Part shown: positions 46,805 to 56,325 of the stretch, one piece after another
Position numbering within the stretch: the stretch's first letter is position 1
Layout of the letters: every line of letters starts with the position of its first letter
NCBI GenBank assembly: GCA_041650995.1
Contig: JBAZJZ010000002.1
Span: forward strand, 77,344-141,343
Length of the DNA: 64,000 nt
Direction: 5' to 3'
DNA from: Patescibacteria group bacterium
GTDB lineage: Bacteria > Patescibacteriota > Patescibacteriia > XYB2-FULL-38-15
Program-made: the position numbers and the translations under genes
The notes under the pieces: model-generated
What the model was told of the DNA's origin: nothing
The model's database searches: none
The model's input: only the letters and a program-made list of their open reading frames with translations

Positions 46805-49297
46805 ATGGCAAAAGAAAAAAAGAAAAAAATAGAAGAAAAACCCTTGTCGGTCGCGACTGGTAAAGTTTTACCCTGTAGTATTGAAAAAGAAGCGCAGGAG
46901 TCTTATTTGGATTACGCCATGTCGGTTATTATTTCCCGCGCCTTGCCTGATGTTCGCGACGGGTTGAAGCCGGTTCATCGGAGAATTTTGTACGCGATGT
47001 GGGATGTTGGGTTGAAGCCGGGAGCGAAATTTAGAAAATCGGCGACCGTGGTCGGCGAAGTTTTGGGTAAATATCATCCGCATGGTGATGTTGCGGTTTA
47101 CGACTCTATGGTTCGTATGGCTCAAGATTTTGCTATGCGTTATCCTTTGGTCTGGGGTCAAGGAAACTTTGGTTCTATGGATGGCGATGCTCCGGCAGCG
47201 ATGCGTTACACAGAAGCGAAACTCGCGAGAATTTCAGAAGAAATTTTATTTGATATTGAAAAAGACACGGTTAATTTTACTCCAAACTACGACGGGTCTC
47301 ACAAAGAGCCGCAAGTAATGCCAGCACGGCTGCCCAATCTTCTTTTAAACGGGACAATGGGGATTGCCGTTGGTATGGCCACGAGTATCCCTCCGCACAA
47401 TCTTTCGGAAATTTGCGACGGAATTATCCATTTAATTGAACATCCGGATTGTGACGTGGAAGAATTATGCGAGTTTGTTAAGGGACCCGATTTCCCAACC
47501 GGCGGCATTATATATGATATAGGGGCGATTAAACAGACTTACGCCACGGGCAAAGGCCCAATTGTGATGCGCGCTAAAACAGAAATTGTTGAAGACAAGG
47601 CGGGGCAATTTAAAATAATTGTTTCGGAAGTTCCTTTTCAGGTTAACAAAGCGACTCTGCTCGAAAAGATCGCCACACTCGTCAAAGATAAAAAAATTGA
47701 AGGAATAAAAGATCTTCGTGACGAATCAAACAAGGAGGGCGTGCGGGTTGTCATTGAATTGAAAAAAGATTCTTATCCGAAGAAAATTTTGAATCAACTT
47801 TTTGACATGACGCAGCTGCAGGATTCTTTTCATGTAAATATGCTCGCTTTGGTTGATGGTATCCAGCCAAAAGTTTTGAATCTGAAAATGATTTTGGAAT
47901 ATTATTTGGCACACCGGAAAGAAGTGGTTCGCCGTCGGACAGAGTTTGAATTAAATCGGGCGAAAGACAGGGCGCACATTTTGAAAGGTTTGAAGATCGC
48001 GCTCGACAATATTGACGCCGTTATCAAATTGATTAAAAAATCAAAAGATAAGGAAGAGGCCAAAGTTAATTTGATGAAACAGTTTAAGTTGACAGAAATC
48101 CAGGCCGTGGCGATTTTAGAAATGAAATTGCAGCAGCTCGCGAATCTTGAGAGAACAAAAATTGAGCAGGAGTTGAAAGAAAAGTTGGCCTTGATTAAAG
48201 AATTAGAAGAAATTTTGGCTTCGCCGAAGAGAATTCTTAGTTTGATTAAAAAAGATGTTTTGGAATTAAAAACAAATTATGGCGATGAAAGAAAAACTCA
48301 AATTGTCGCCCACGCGGTTAAAGATTTTAGAGTGGAAGATTTGATTCCGAATGAGTCAACAATTATTGTGGTTACGGCAGACGGCTATATTAAGCGTCTT
48401 CCGCCGGAAACTTTCCGAACGCAGAGCCGCGGCGGTAAAGGCGTGATGGGGCTTATGACCAAAGAAGAAGACACGGTGGAACATTTGATTTCAACAACCA
48501 CTCATCTTGATTTGTTATTTTTCACAACCCGTGGCAGAGTTTTCCAATTAAAAGCTTATGACGTTCCGGCCGCGTCTCGAACTTCAAAGGGCCAGGCGAT
48601 CGTGAATTTCTTGCAGCTGGCTCCGGAAGAAAAAATTTCTGCTATCCTTTCCGTAAAAGAGCTTGGTGAGGGCGACTTTAAGTATTTGGTGATGGTGACG
48701 CGCGCAGGAATTATTAAAAAAGTTGAGTTAAAAGATTTTGAAAATGTCAGGCGCTCCGGTCTTATCGCCATAAAATTGAAAGACGGGGATCGGCTGGAAT
48801 GGGTTAAGCCGTCTTCGGGTAACGATGAAATTATTTTGATTACCGCCATTGGGCAAGCCATTCGCTTTAAAGAAAAAAATGTTCGCCCAATGGGTCGCGC
48901 CGCAACCGGAGTTCGCGGTATCCGCCTTAAGGGGAAAGATGAAGTTATTGGTATGGATGTTATTGATCCCTCTCTTGTGTCTAAAAATTTGCTTGATCTT
49001 TTTGTCTTAATGGAAAATGGTTTTGGTAAAAGAACAAACTTGAAAAATTATAAAATTCAGGGGCGCGGCGGTTCGGGCGTTAAGACTGCCAAGACGACTC
49101 CAAAAACCGGAAAGATTATTTCCGCCGAAATCACTTCGAACAAAGATGAAAGGGATTTAATAATTATTTCCAAGTTTGGCCAAGTTATCAGGCTGCCGTT
49201 CAAGAGTGTTTCAACTCTGGGTCGGGCGACGCAAGGAGTGCGCCTGATGAGATTTAAGGAAGCAGACGATCGGGCGGCAAGCGTGACGCTTGTTTAA
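46805..49297 (+). CDS. gyrA: DNA gyrase subunit A
   Basis: [26 protein letters not shown], GyrA box QSRGGKG. Confidence 0.98.
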   Translation: MAKEKKKKIEEKPLSVATGKVLPCSIEKEAQESYLDYAMSVIISRALPDVRDGLKPVHRRILYAMWDVGLKPGAKFRKSATVVGEVLGKYHPHGDVAVYDSMVRMAQDFAMRYPLVWGQGNFGSMDGDAPAAMRYTEAKLARISEEILFDIEKDTVNFTPNYDGSHKEPQVMPARLPNLLLNGTMGIAVGMATSIPPHNLSEICDGIIHLIEHPDCDVEELCEFVKGPDFPTGGIIYDIGAIKQTYATGKGPIVMRAKTEIVEDKAGQFKIIVSEVPFQVNKATLLEKIATLVKDKKIEGIKDLRDESNKEGVRVVIELKKDSYPKKILNQLFDMTQLQDSFHVNMLALVDGIQPKVLNLKMILEYYLAHRKEVVRRRTEFELNRAKDRAHILKGLKIALDNIDAVIKLIKKSKDKEEAKVNLMKQFKLTEIQAVAILEMKLQQLANLERTKIEQELKEKLALIKELEEILASPKRILSLIKKDVLELKTNYGDERKTQIVAHAVKDFRVEDLIPNESTIIVVTADGYIKRLPPETFRTQSRGGKGVMGLMTKEEDTVEHLISTTTHLDLLFFTTRGRVFQLKAYDVPAASRTSKGQAIVNFLQLAPEEKISAILSVKELGEGDFKYLVMVTRAGIIKKVELKDFENVRRSGLIAIKLKDGDRLEWVKPSSGNDEIILITAIGQAIRFKEKNVRPMGRAATGVRGIRLKGKDEVIGMDVIDPSLVSKNLLDLFVLMENGFGKRTNLKNYKIQGRGGSGVKTAKTTPKTGKIISAEITSNKDERDLIIISKFGQVIRLPFKSVSTLGRATQGVRLMRFKEADDRAASVTLV

Positions 49298-49328
49298 AGA
49301 TTAAAAAATTTAAAATTAAAAAAATAAT

Positions 49329-49526
49329 ATGGCTTTACCAGGTCACAGGAGAACAAGTTCTCATAAAAGAAGAAGAGCGGCTCATTTTGCCTTGAAGAAG
49401 ACAAATCTTTCCGTTTGTCCAAAATGTAAAAAGCCGGTGATGTCTCATCACATTTGTAAATTTTGCGGAGCTTACGCTGGCAGAGAAGTAATTAAAATGA
49501 GAACGCCGAAGAAAAAGAAAAAATAA
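49329..49526 (+). CDS. rpmF: 50S ribosomal protein L32
   Basis: MALP..R.S....RR, CPKC, H..C..CG.Y. Confidence 0.95.
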   Translation: MALPGHRRTSSHKRRRAAHFALKKTNLSVCPKCKKPVMSHHICKFCGAYAGREVIKMRTPKKKKK

Positions 49527-49527
49527 T

Positions 49528-50007
49528 ATGGCCAATAGGCATTTAGCCAGAACCATCGCGCTCCAGACTCTTTATGAGTGGGACTTTATGGGAGAGAAGG
49601 AGGCGGAAACATGCGTCGCTGCTAAAAAAAATCTCAAGGAATTTGCTCCAAAATTCAATGAGAATGATTTTGTTATTGAATTAGTGGAAGGTGTTGTAGA
49701 AAACAAAAAAGAAATAGATAAGTTGATAAAAAAATACGCGCCGGAATGGCCGATCGAAAAAATAACCCTGATTGACAGAAATGTTTTGCGGCTGGGCATT
49801 TATGAATTAAAATTTGCTAAGGCAAAAGACGGGAAGACGGTTCCGCCTCGCGTGGTTATCAATGAAGCCATTGAACTTGCTAAAGCTTTCGGCAGCGGGT
49901 CTTCTGGAAAATTTATAAACGGCGTCTTGGGAGCAATTTATAAAGATATGCTCGCGGCGGGCGAGATAAAAGACGAGGAGGAAAAAGGAAAAAAAGATAA
50001 AAAATAA
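49528..50007 (+). CDS. nusB: Transcription antitermination factor NusB
   Basis: [26 protein letters not shown]. Confidence 0.96.
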   Translation: MANRHLARTIALQTLYEWDFMGEKEAETCVAAKKNLKEFAPKFNENDFVIELVEGVVENKKEIDKLIKKYAPEWPIEKITLIDRNVLRLGIYELKFAKAKDGKTVPPRVVINEAIELAKAFGSGSSGKFINGVLGAIYKDMLAAGEIKDEEEKGKKDKK

Positions 50008-50012
50008 TAAAT

Positions 50013-50081
50013 ATTGTTCAATCGTTACATTGTTAAATTGTAGAAATCAGCGATTTAGCCATGTAACCATTCAGCAATTTA
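50013..50081. repeat. Mirror-image 8-mer tandem repeat (ATTGTTAA-like, then inverted)
   Basis: attgttca atcgttac attgttaa attgtaga followed by complementary-like units. Confidence 0.6.
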
Positions 50082-50085
50082 AGCT

Positions 50086-50784
50086 ATGAAAGAGTTCACT
50101 AAATTGGAGGAAAAACTAGGCGTAAAATTTAAAAACATAGATCTTTTAACACAGGCGGCGGTCCATCGTTCTTATCTAAATGAAAATCCGGGATTCAAGT
50201 TGCCGCACAATGAACGGTTGGAATTTTTGGGTGACGCTGTTCTGGAATTGATTGTTACGGAATATCTTTATCAAAATTATTCAAATCCGGAAGGGGAGTT
50301 GACCAACTGGCGGGCGAGCCTCGTGAACGCAAAAATGCTTTCAGAAATCGCGAAGGAAATAGAAATAGAAGAATATCTTTACTTAAGTAAAGGGGAATCA
50401 AAGGAAGCAGCCGATTCAAAAGCCAGACAATATATTTTGGCCAATGCTTTTGAAGCGCTCGTCGGCGCGATTTATCTCGATCAGGGTTACGTTGTTTCCC
50501 GAGATTTTATTAAAAAATTTTTGATTGTTAGGCTACCATATATCTTGGAGCACGAATTATATCTTGATCCAAAAAGTAAATTCCAGGAAAAAACTCAGGA
50601 AAAATGCGGCGTGACGCCGACATATAAAGTTTTAGAAGAAACTGGTCCGGATCACGCTAAAATTTTTAAGGTTGGCGTTTATTTGGAAAAAGAGTTGGTG
50701 GCTACGGGCGAAGGATCGAGTAAACAAGAAGCACAGGTTGAAGCTGCCAACGCGGCACTGAAGACAAAGAAGTGGTCAGAATAA
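50086..50784 (+). CDS. rnc: Ribonuclease III
   Basis: NERLEFLGDAVL and a dsRBD. Confidence 0.98.
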   Translation: MKEFTKLEEKLGVKFKNIDLLTQAAVHRSYLNENPGFKLPHNERLEFLGDAVLELIVTEYLYQNYSNPEGELTNWRASLVNAKMLSEIAKEIEIEEYLYLSKGESKEAADSKARQYILANAFEALVGAIYLDQGYVVSRDFIKKFLIVRLPYILEHELYLDPKSKFQEKTQEKCGVTPTYKVLEETGPDHAKIFKVGVYLEKELVATGEGSSKQEAQVEAANAALKTKKWSE

Positions 50785-50872
50785 TCTTCAAAAAATGGCG
50801 GGGTTACTATACCCGCCGTTTGTATATTGAAATTTTTTAGTGTTAATGATATTCTAGCAAATCGGCTGCCGC

Positions 50873-50944
50873 GCGCCCGTAGCTCAACGGATAGAGTGCT
50901 GGTCTTCGGAACCAGTGATGGGGGTTCGATTCCCTCCGGGCGCA
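50873..50944 (+). tRNA. tRNA-Arg (TCG)
   Basis: CTGGT-CTTCGGA-ACCAG anticodon arm; GGTTCGATTCC. Confidence 0.93.
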
Positions 50945-50970
50945 TTGTCCAAAATTAAATAAAAATATTT

Positions 50971-51043
50971 GCGCCCATAGCTCAGTTGGCAGAGCAGTCG
51001 CCTCTTAAGCGAACGGTCGAAGGTTCGAATCCTTCTGGGCGCA
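50971..51043 (+). tRNA. tRNA-Lys (CTT)
   Basis: Anticodon loop CTCTTAA; GGTTCGAATCC. Confidence 0.93.
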
Positions 51044-51121
51044 TTTTTTTATCCACAAAATTTTCTTGCGGGCGCGGGACGGATGAGATACAATGTAGGT
51101 GAGGGAATTAAATTTAAATTT

Positions 51122-51592
51122 ATGAAAAAACACAGAGGGTTTACATTGATTGAATTATTAATTGTGATCGGTATCATCGCCTTTTTAGCTTCGGCAATTT
51201 TTATTGCCGTTGATCCGGCGAAGAGATTTGCCGAATCACGAAACGCTCGCCGCTGGACAGATATTTCAACAATTCTTGAAGCGGTTCTCCAATATGCTAT
51301 TGACCAGGACGGAACCTTGCCCGCGGGAATTGATGATGTCGGAGCCACGGTTCAAGTTTTGGGCACAAACGCGAGCGGCTGCGAGGCTGGCTGCACAGCG
51401 AAACTGTCGGTCGCAAGCTGTCTTGATTTAAGCGATGTTTTGATCCCAAAATATTTAGGTTTAATTCCTTACGATCCATATACCGGCTCGGCCGTTTTTA
51501 CGGATTATTATATTAATCGATCCCAAACCGGTAGAATTGAAGTCGGCGCCTGTGACCCAGAACTCGGCGCGACGATCTTTGTTTCAAAATAG
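51122..51592 (+). CDS. Type IV pilin / prepilin-type protein
   Basis: RG|FTLIELLIVI prepilin cleavage motif; IP.DP. Confidence 0.92.
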   Translation: MKKHRGFTLIELLIVIGIIAFLASAIFIAVDPAKRFAESRNARRWTDISTILEAVLQYAIDQDGTLPAGIDDVGATVQVLGTNASGCEAGCTAKLSVASCLDLSDVLIPKYLGLIPYDPYTGSAVFTDYYINRSQTGRIEVGACDPELGATIFVSK

Positions 51593-51702
51593 AAAGTAAA
51601 ATAATTTAAGCTTAAAATACTCCGAATTTTTGGAGTATTTTTGTATAAAACAAACCCCGCCCTTGCGGGCGGGGAAAGCTTCTAGAAGCGATGATGCTAA
51701 AT

Positions 51703-51978
51703 TTATCTTAAAGCGTCTTTCAAAGATTTTCCAGCTTTGAATTTCGGAACAGTCATAGCCGGGATTTGAATTTTTTCGCCCGGTTTTTTAGGATTCACGC
51801 CCATTCTGGCCGCTCTTTTTTTGGCCGAGAAAGTACCAAAACCTGTTAAAGTAACTTCACCACCAGATTTCAGAGTTGAAGTAACAGTCTCCATGAAGGT
51901 TTCCATCATTTTGTCGGCGGTTGTTTTTGGAACGTCTAGAGCGCTGGCGATTTTTTCGATTAATTCTGCCTTTGTCAT
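51703..51978 (-). CDS. hup: HU family DNA-binding protein
   Basis: MTKAELI, GFGTF, AR.G.NP, PKFKAGK.LK. Confidence 0.95.
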   Translation of the reverse strand: MTKAELIEKIASALDVPKTTADKMMETFMETVTSTLKSGGEVTLTGFGTFSAKKRAARMGVNPKKPGEKIQIPAMTVPKFKAGKSLKDALR

Positions 51979-52005
51979 GTTCTCACCTCCTTTCCAAAAT
52001 TTGTG

Positions 52006-52082
52006 TACGAATTACGAATCTTCAAATTTTGGCTACGAATAAATAAATCATTCGTACAATTCGTAAAAATTCGTATTTCGTA
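52006..52082. repeat. Mirror-image TACGAAT / ATTCGTA repeat array
   Basis: Three TACGAAT followed by four (A/T)TTCGTA. Confidence 0.75.
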
Positions 52083-52086
52083 GTAT

Positions 52087-52887
52087 TTAAATTTTAACTT
52101 CTTCTTTTATCTTTTTAATTTTAACAGCTTCGCGAGTTTTCGGATTGATCTCAAAATAAATTGCGTTAACCGTACAGATTCCTTCCTCGGGAATTTCGTG
52201 GACTTCGGGAATTTGCGTTAAGAAAGTTTTAAGAATTCCTTTTTTGTCCACACCAAGAATCGAATCTTTAGCGCCGACCATGCCGACATCCGTTACAAAG
52301 GCCGTGCCACCCGGCAGGATTTGCCAATCGTCAGTGCCAACGTGGGTATGGGTTCCAAACACTGCGGAAACTCGGCCGTCCAAATATTGGGCTAAGCCGT
52401 TTTTTTCCGAAGTAGCTTCAGCGTGGAAGTCGACAATAATGGCTGAAAGATTTTCATTTTTGAATTCGTCCAGAATTTCATCCGCTTTTCTAAATGGACA
52501 ATCGTAGTTGCTTCTCAGGAAAACTCTTCCTATCAAGTTTATCACAAGGATCTTTTTTGTGCCAATTTCAAACAATTTCGCTCCAACACCTGGAACGCCC
52601 GGCGGGAAATTCGCCGGTCGGATAAGCGGGGATTTTTTATCTTCAAGAATCCCAATGGCTTCTTTTTTATCAAAGACATGGTCTCCGGAAGTAAAGAAAT
52701 CAACGCCGGCGTCTGTAAGCTCCTGCAAGGTTTTCTCGGTAATGCCCACGCCGTGAGCGATATTTTCCGCATTGGCGATAACCAAATCCGGATCAAGCTT
52801 CTTTTTAAGCGACGGCAAAATTTTGGCCACAGCGTGCCGGCCGATTCTGCCTGAAATATCGCCGAAAAATAGAATTTTAAGATTCAT
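52087..52887 (-). CDS. ymdB: YmdB-like metallophosphoesterase (TIGR00282)
   Basis: GD..G..G, N.EN, DFHAEATSEK, GTHTH, TDVGM.G. Confidence 0.93.
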   Translation of the reverse strand: MNLKILFFGDISGRIGRHAVAKILPSLKKKLDPDLVIANAENIAHGVGITEKTLQELTDAGVDFFTSGDHVFDKKEAIGILEDKKSPLIRPANFPPGVPGVGAKLFEIGTKKILVINLIGRVFLRSNYDCPFRKADEILDEFKNENLSAIIVDFHAEATSEKNGLAQYLDGRVSAVFGTHTHVGTDDWQILPGGTAFVTDVGMVGAKDSILGVDKKGILKTFLTQIPEVHEIPEEGICTVNAIYFEINPKTREAVKIKKIKEEVKI

Positions 52888-52898
52888 GAGAGTATAAA

Positions 52899-54416
52899 TT
52901 ATCTTGCGTATTCAATAATTCTTTTCTCTCTTATTACGTTAACTTTAATTTCACCAGGATATTTTAATTCTTCTTCAATTTTTTTAGCGATTGCTTGGGC
53001 AAGTTTTAAAGCGCCAAGATCATCAATCTTATCTGGCGCGACAAAAACTCTGATTTCGCGGCCAGCCTGAATGGCATAAGCTTTTTCAATGCCGTCAAAA
53101 GAAGTAGCCACTTTTTCCAAATCTTCCAGTCTTTGCAGATATTGCTCGTAGGTGTCTTTTCTCGCGCCAGGTCTCGCACCGGAAATTGCGTCCGCAACTT
53201 TGACGATGACCGCTTCAAGCGTCGGCGGAGCATCTTCATGGTGCGTAGCGATCGGAATAATAATTTCCTCCGGCAAGTTGAATTTTTTGGCGATGTCTTT
53301 GCCAATTTCCGGATGAGTTCCCGTCACTTCATGGTCAACCGCCTTGCCGATATCGTGCAAAAGCCCGGCTTTTTTGGCGACAGTCACATTCGCGCCGAGT
53401 TCTTCAGCCAAGAGAGCGGAAAGATGAGCGACTTCAATTGAATGTTTTAAAGCATTTTGCCCGAAGCTCGTTCTGTATTTTAATCTTCCTAAAATTTGAA
53501 CTAATTTTGGATCAAGTCCGGCTACGCCAAGTTCATAAACCGCTTCTTCGCCAGCCTTTTTAATATCAATGGCTAAATCTTTTTTCGCCTGTTCTACGGC
53601 CTCTTCAATTCGGCCGGGATGAATTCTGCCGTCTAAAATTAATTTTTCAAGAGCTCGCTTTGCCACATGCCGTCTAATCGGACTGAAGCCGGAAACGGTA
53701 ATGGCTTCTGGCGTATCATCAACAATGATTTCTGTGCCAGTAAGTTGTTCGATAGTTTTGATGTTTCTTCCTTCGCGACCGATAATTCTACCTTTCATTT
53801 CGTCGGAAGGTAAAGATACGGTCGTTGTCGTAATTTCCGTGGCGTGCGAAGAGGCGCAGCGCTCAATTGCCAAAGATAAAAGGTCCCGCGCTTTTTTGTC
53901 GAGGACCTCTGAAGATTCTCTTTCCAATTTGTTGATGCGATTAACAAGTTCCGCCTGGATATTTTTTTCAGTTTTATCCAAAAGGAGTTGTTTAGCTTCT
54001 TCGCGATTCAATCCCGCGATCTGTTCCAGTCTTGCTAACTGATCTTCTTTAATTTTTTGAATTTCCGCTTTTACTTTTTCAATTTGGTTGGCGCGATCGT
54101 AAAGCTTCTGTTGTTTTTCCTGAAGGTCAAGAAGTTTTTGGTCAAAAAGCGACTCGCGCTTTTCCAACCGTTTTTGCGCGGCAATAAGTTCTTGCCGCCG
54201 ATCTTCTTCCTCTTTTTTTGCGTTATCAATTACTTGGATTGCCTTGTCTCTCGCCTGGAGAAGCAATTCCCGTTGTTTAGTTTTAGTTTCGGCCAGTAAT
54301 TTTTCCGCCTTTTCTTCAACCGATCCAGCCAGTCTTTTGGCTAGAAGTTTTCTTAGAAAGTAACCAGCGGCCGTTCCGGCAATCAAGGTAGCCGCGATCC
54401 ATAATAGATTTGGCAT
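52899..54416 (-). CDS. rny: Ribonuclease Y
   Basis: TM, coiled coil, KH (MKGRIIGREGRNI) and HD (LLHDIGK) domains. Confidence 0.98.
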   Translation of the reverse strand: MPNLLWIAATLIAGTAAGYFLRKLLAKRLAGSVEEKAEKLLAETKTKQRELLLQARDKAIQVIDNAKKEEEDRRQELIAAQKRLEKRESLFDQKLLDLQEKQQKLYDRANQIEKVKAEIQKIKEDQLARLEQIAGLNREEAKQLLLDKTEKNIQAELVNRINKLERESSEVLDKKARDLLSLAIERCASSHATEITTTTVSLPSDEMKGRIIGREGRNIKTIEQLTGTEIIVDDTPEAITVSGFSPIRRHVAKRALEKLILDGRIHPGRIEEAVEQAKKDLAIDIKKAGEEAVYELGVAGLDPKLVQILGRLKYRTSFGQNALKHSIEVAHLSALLAEELGANVTVAKKAGLLHDIGKAVDHEVTGTHPEIGKDIAKKFNLPEEIIIPIATHHEDAPPTLEAVIVKVADAISGARPGARKDTYEQYLQRLEDLEKVATSFDGIEKAYAIQAGREIRVFVAPDKIDDLGALKLAQAIAKKIEEELKYPGEIKVNVIREKRIIEYAR

Positions 54417-54424
54417 AAGACTTC

Positions 54425-54581
54425 AATAGCAAATCACAAACCAAAGGTGAATCGTAGAGTGAATTCATCCTGATTAATATTCCTTCTCGTTTGGTTAGCG
54501 TAATTTTTTTGAGATTGTTTGACATCTAAAATATAATCAAAATTTCCGATTACTGCCGTTGTTTGTGATTTGCCTAAATTT
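54425..54581 (-). ncRNA. 6S-like RNA or structured rny leader
   Basis: Perfect 13-bp closing stem GCAAATCACAAAC/GTTTGTGATTTGC, inner imperfect stem, TATAAT at 54588-54593, position directly 5' of rny-ymdB. Confidence 0.55.
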
Positions 54582-54757
54582 AAATTAATTATACTCCAGC
54601 CAAAGCCGGTTTGACCTTGGTTGAAAGTATTTTTATCGTATCATAAAAGAGGTTTTTTGGCAAGTCTTTGGGTAATTTTTGTTGCTTGCAGTTTTAAAAA
54701 AATAAGAGTAAGGTGAGAGAACCATTCTTTAAAATAAGGGGAGTAAAGGAGGGTAAG

Positions 54758-56206
54758 ATGTGCGGAGTTTTTGGAATTTTTGGTCATCCGAATGGCAAGC
54801 AAATTGCCAAGACGGGCATCTGGACACTGCAGCACCGAGGGCAAGATGCGGCGGGAATATCTTGCCTCAGGCTCAAGCTGAATTGTCGGTATGGCTTGGT
54901 TGAGGTCGAGAAAAGGTCGGGCAAGGTAAGAGAAGTGTTGCGTGGTCCCGACTTTGATGACCTCGAAGGGGATGCCTGGATCGCTCACGTGCGATATTCC
55001 ACTCAGGGCAAGCCTTCGCGGCGGAATGCTCAGCCGCACTATGCGCAGAGCATCCACGGAAAAATCGCCATCGTCTCAAACGGTGATGTCGTGAACATGG
55101 ACGAGCAGAGGGAATTTCTTGACCGCCACGATATTCGTACGTATACGGAAAACGACGCGGAGCTTATCGCGGCGGCCATCAATTACCAAGTCACCGCTCG
55201 AAAGCGCGATGTCGTCGAGGCGATTGCTCAAGTGATGAACCATGTGCGAGGCGCTTTCTCTTCGCTCGTGATCACCGAGTTCGACGATCGTCTCTTCGCT
55301 TTCCGCGACCCGTACGGCATCAGACCACTATTTTTCGGCACGGTCGAAGACGGCGGAGCGAAATACTACATGTTCGCTTCCGAAACTGCCGCCCTCGAGG
55401 CAGTGATGCCACTTTTTGGTTCGCGAGCCGTACTCACAACAAGGATGGTGGAAGCAGGCGAGATCATCGCGGTCGGACCCCGTGGCGTAGAAACCTTCAG
55501 GGGGCCGAAAGCAGATAGACAATCTTTCTGTATCTTCGAATACGTCTACTTCTCACGGCCGGACAGTAGGACGACTCATGGCGAGTCGTTCCAGACGTGC
55601 CGGATGCGCGCCGGCGAGATCCTTTTCAGGGAGGCGCCGGTTGAGGCCGATCTGGTTACGCCGATTCCCAAAAGCGGCATTCCCATGGCTGTTGGGTTCG
55701 CCCTGGCCTCTGGTCTGCCATTCATCCAGGCGATTGTAGAAAACCCGTCTTTCGACATCGACTTCGAACAGATGAGAACGTTTATCGGGGCGGATGTTGA
55801 GGAGCGGAGATTCAACGCCTTGCTGAAGTTCTGTTTCACGGCAGATCTCTTAGAGGGGAGGAGGGTGGTTGACGGCGACGATTCCATTGTTCGCGGCCTG
55901 ATCACTGGCATAGCGAACAATGGAATCTGGCGATGTGGGGCGAAGGAGATCCACACTCGGATCAGTTCTCCCCCTTACCGTTTCCCTTGTTTTTACGGCG
56001 TGGAAACAAAAGATAGGCACACGCTGGCTGCCGCCGGCAAGACACTTGAAGAAGTCAGACGGCTGATTGGTCAGCCGACTACCCTGGCCCATCTTTCTCT
56101 TGAAGGGCTTGTGGCGTCCACTGGGCGTCCGAAGAGCGAGCTCTGCACAGCCTGTTTTGATGGTGATTACCCGATTCCCGTGCAGTTTAAGGAGAATCGG
56201 GCGTAG
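54758..56206 (+). CDS. purF: Amidophosphoribosyltransferase (divergent; GC-rich islet)
   Basis: MCG N-terminal nucleophile, LQHRGQ, HVRYST, C.FEYVYF.RPDS, DDSIVRG, PCFYG, CTAC. Confidence 0.9.
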   Translation: MCGVFGIFGHPNGKQIAKTGIWTLQHRGQDAAGISCLRLKLNCRYGLVEVEKRSGKVREVLRGPDFDDLEGDAWIAHVRYSTQGKPSRRNAQPHYAQSIHGKIAIVSNGDVVNMDEQREFLDRHDIRTYTENDAELIAAAINYQVTARKRDVVEAIAQVMNHVRGAFSSLVITEFDDRLFAFRDPYGIRPLFFGTVEDGGAKYYMFASETAALEAVMPLFGSRAVLTTRMVEAGEIIAVGPRGVETFRGPKADRQSFCIFEYVYFSRPDSRTTHGESFQTCRMRAGEILFREAPVEADLVTPIPKSGIPMAVGFALASGLPFIQAIVENPSFDIDFEQMRTFIGADVEERRFNALLKFCFTADLLEGRRVVDGDDSIVRGLITGIANNGIWRCGAKEIHTRISSPPYRFPCFYGVETKDRHTLAAAGKTLEEVRRLIGQPTTLAHLSLEGLVASTGRPKSELCTACFDGDYPIPVQFKENRA

Positions 56207-56325
56207 TGGAGGGAGAACGACGGTCGAATTCCGGAAAGGAATGGCCGTCTTTTTTTATTTAATGTTTGACAAAATCTCAAAAAAATAGTAAGTTTACAAA
56301 ACCCGAGAGGGTTGAATTTAATAAT

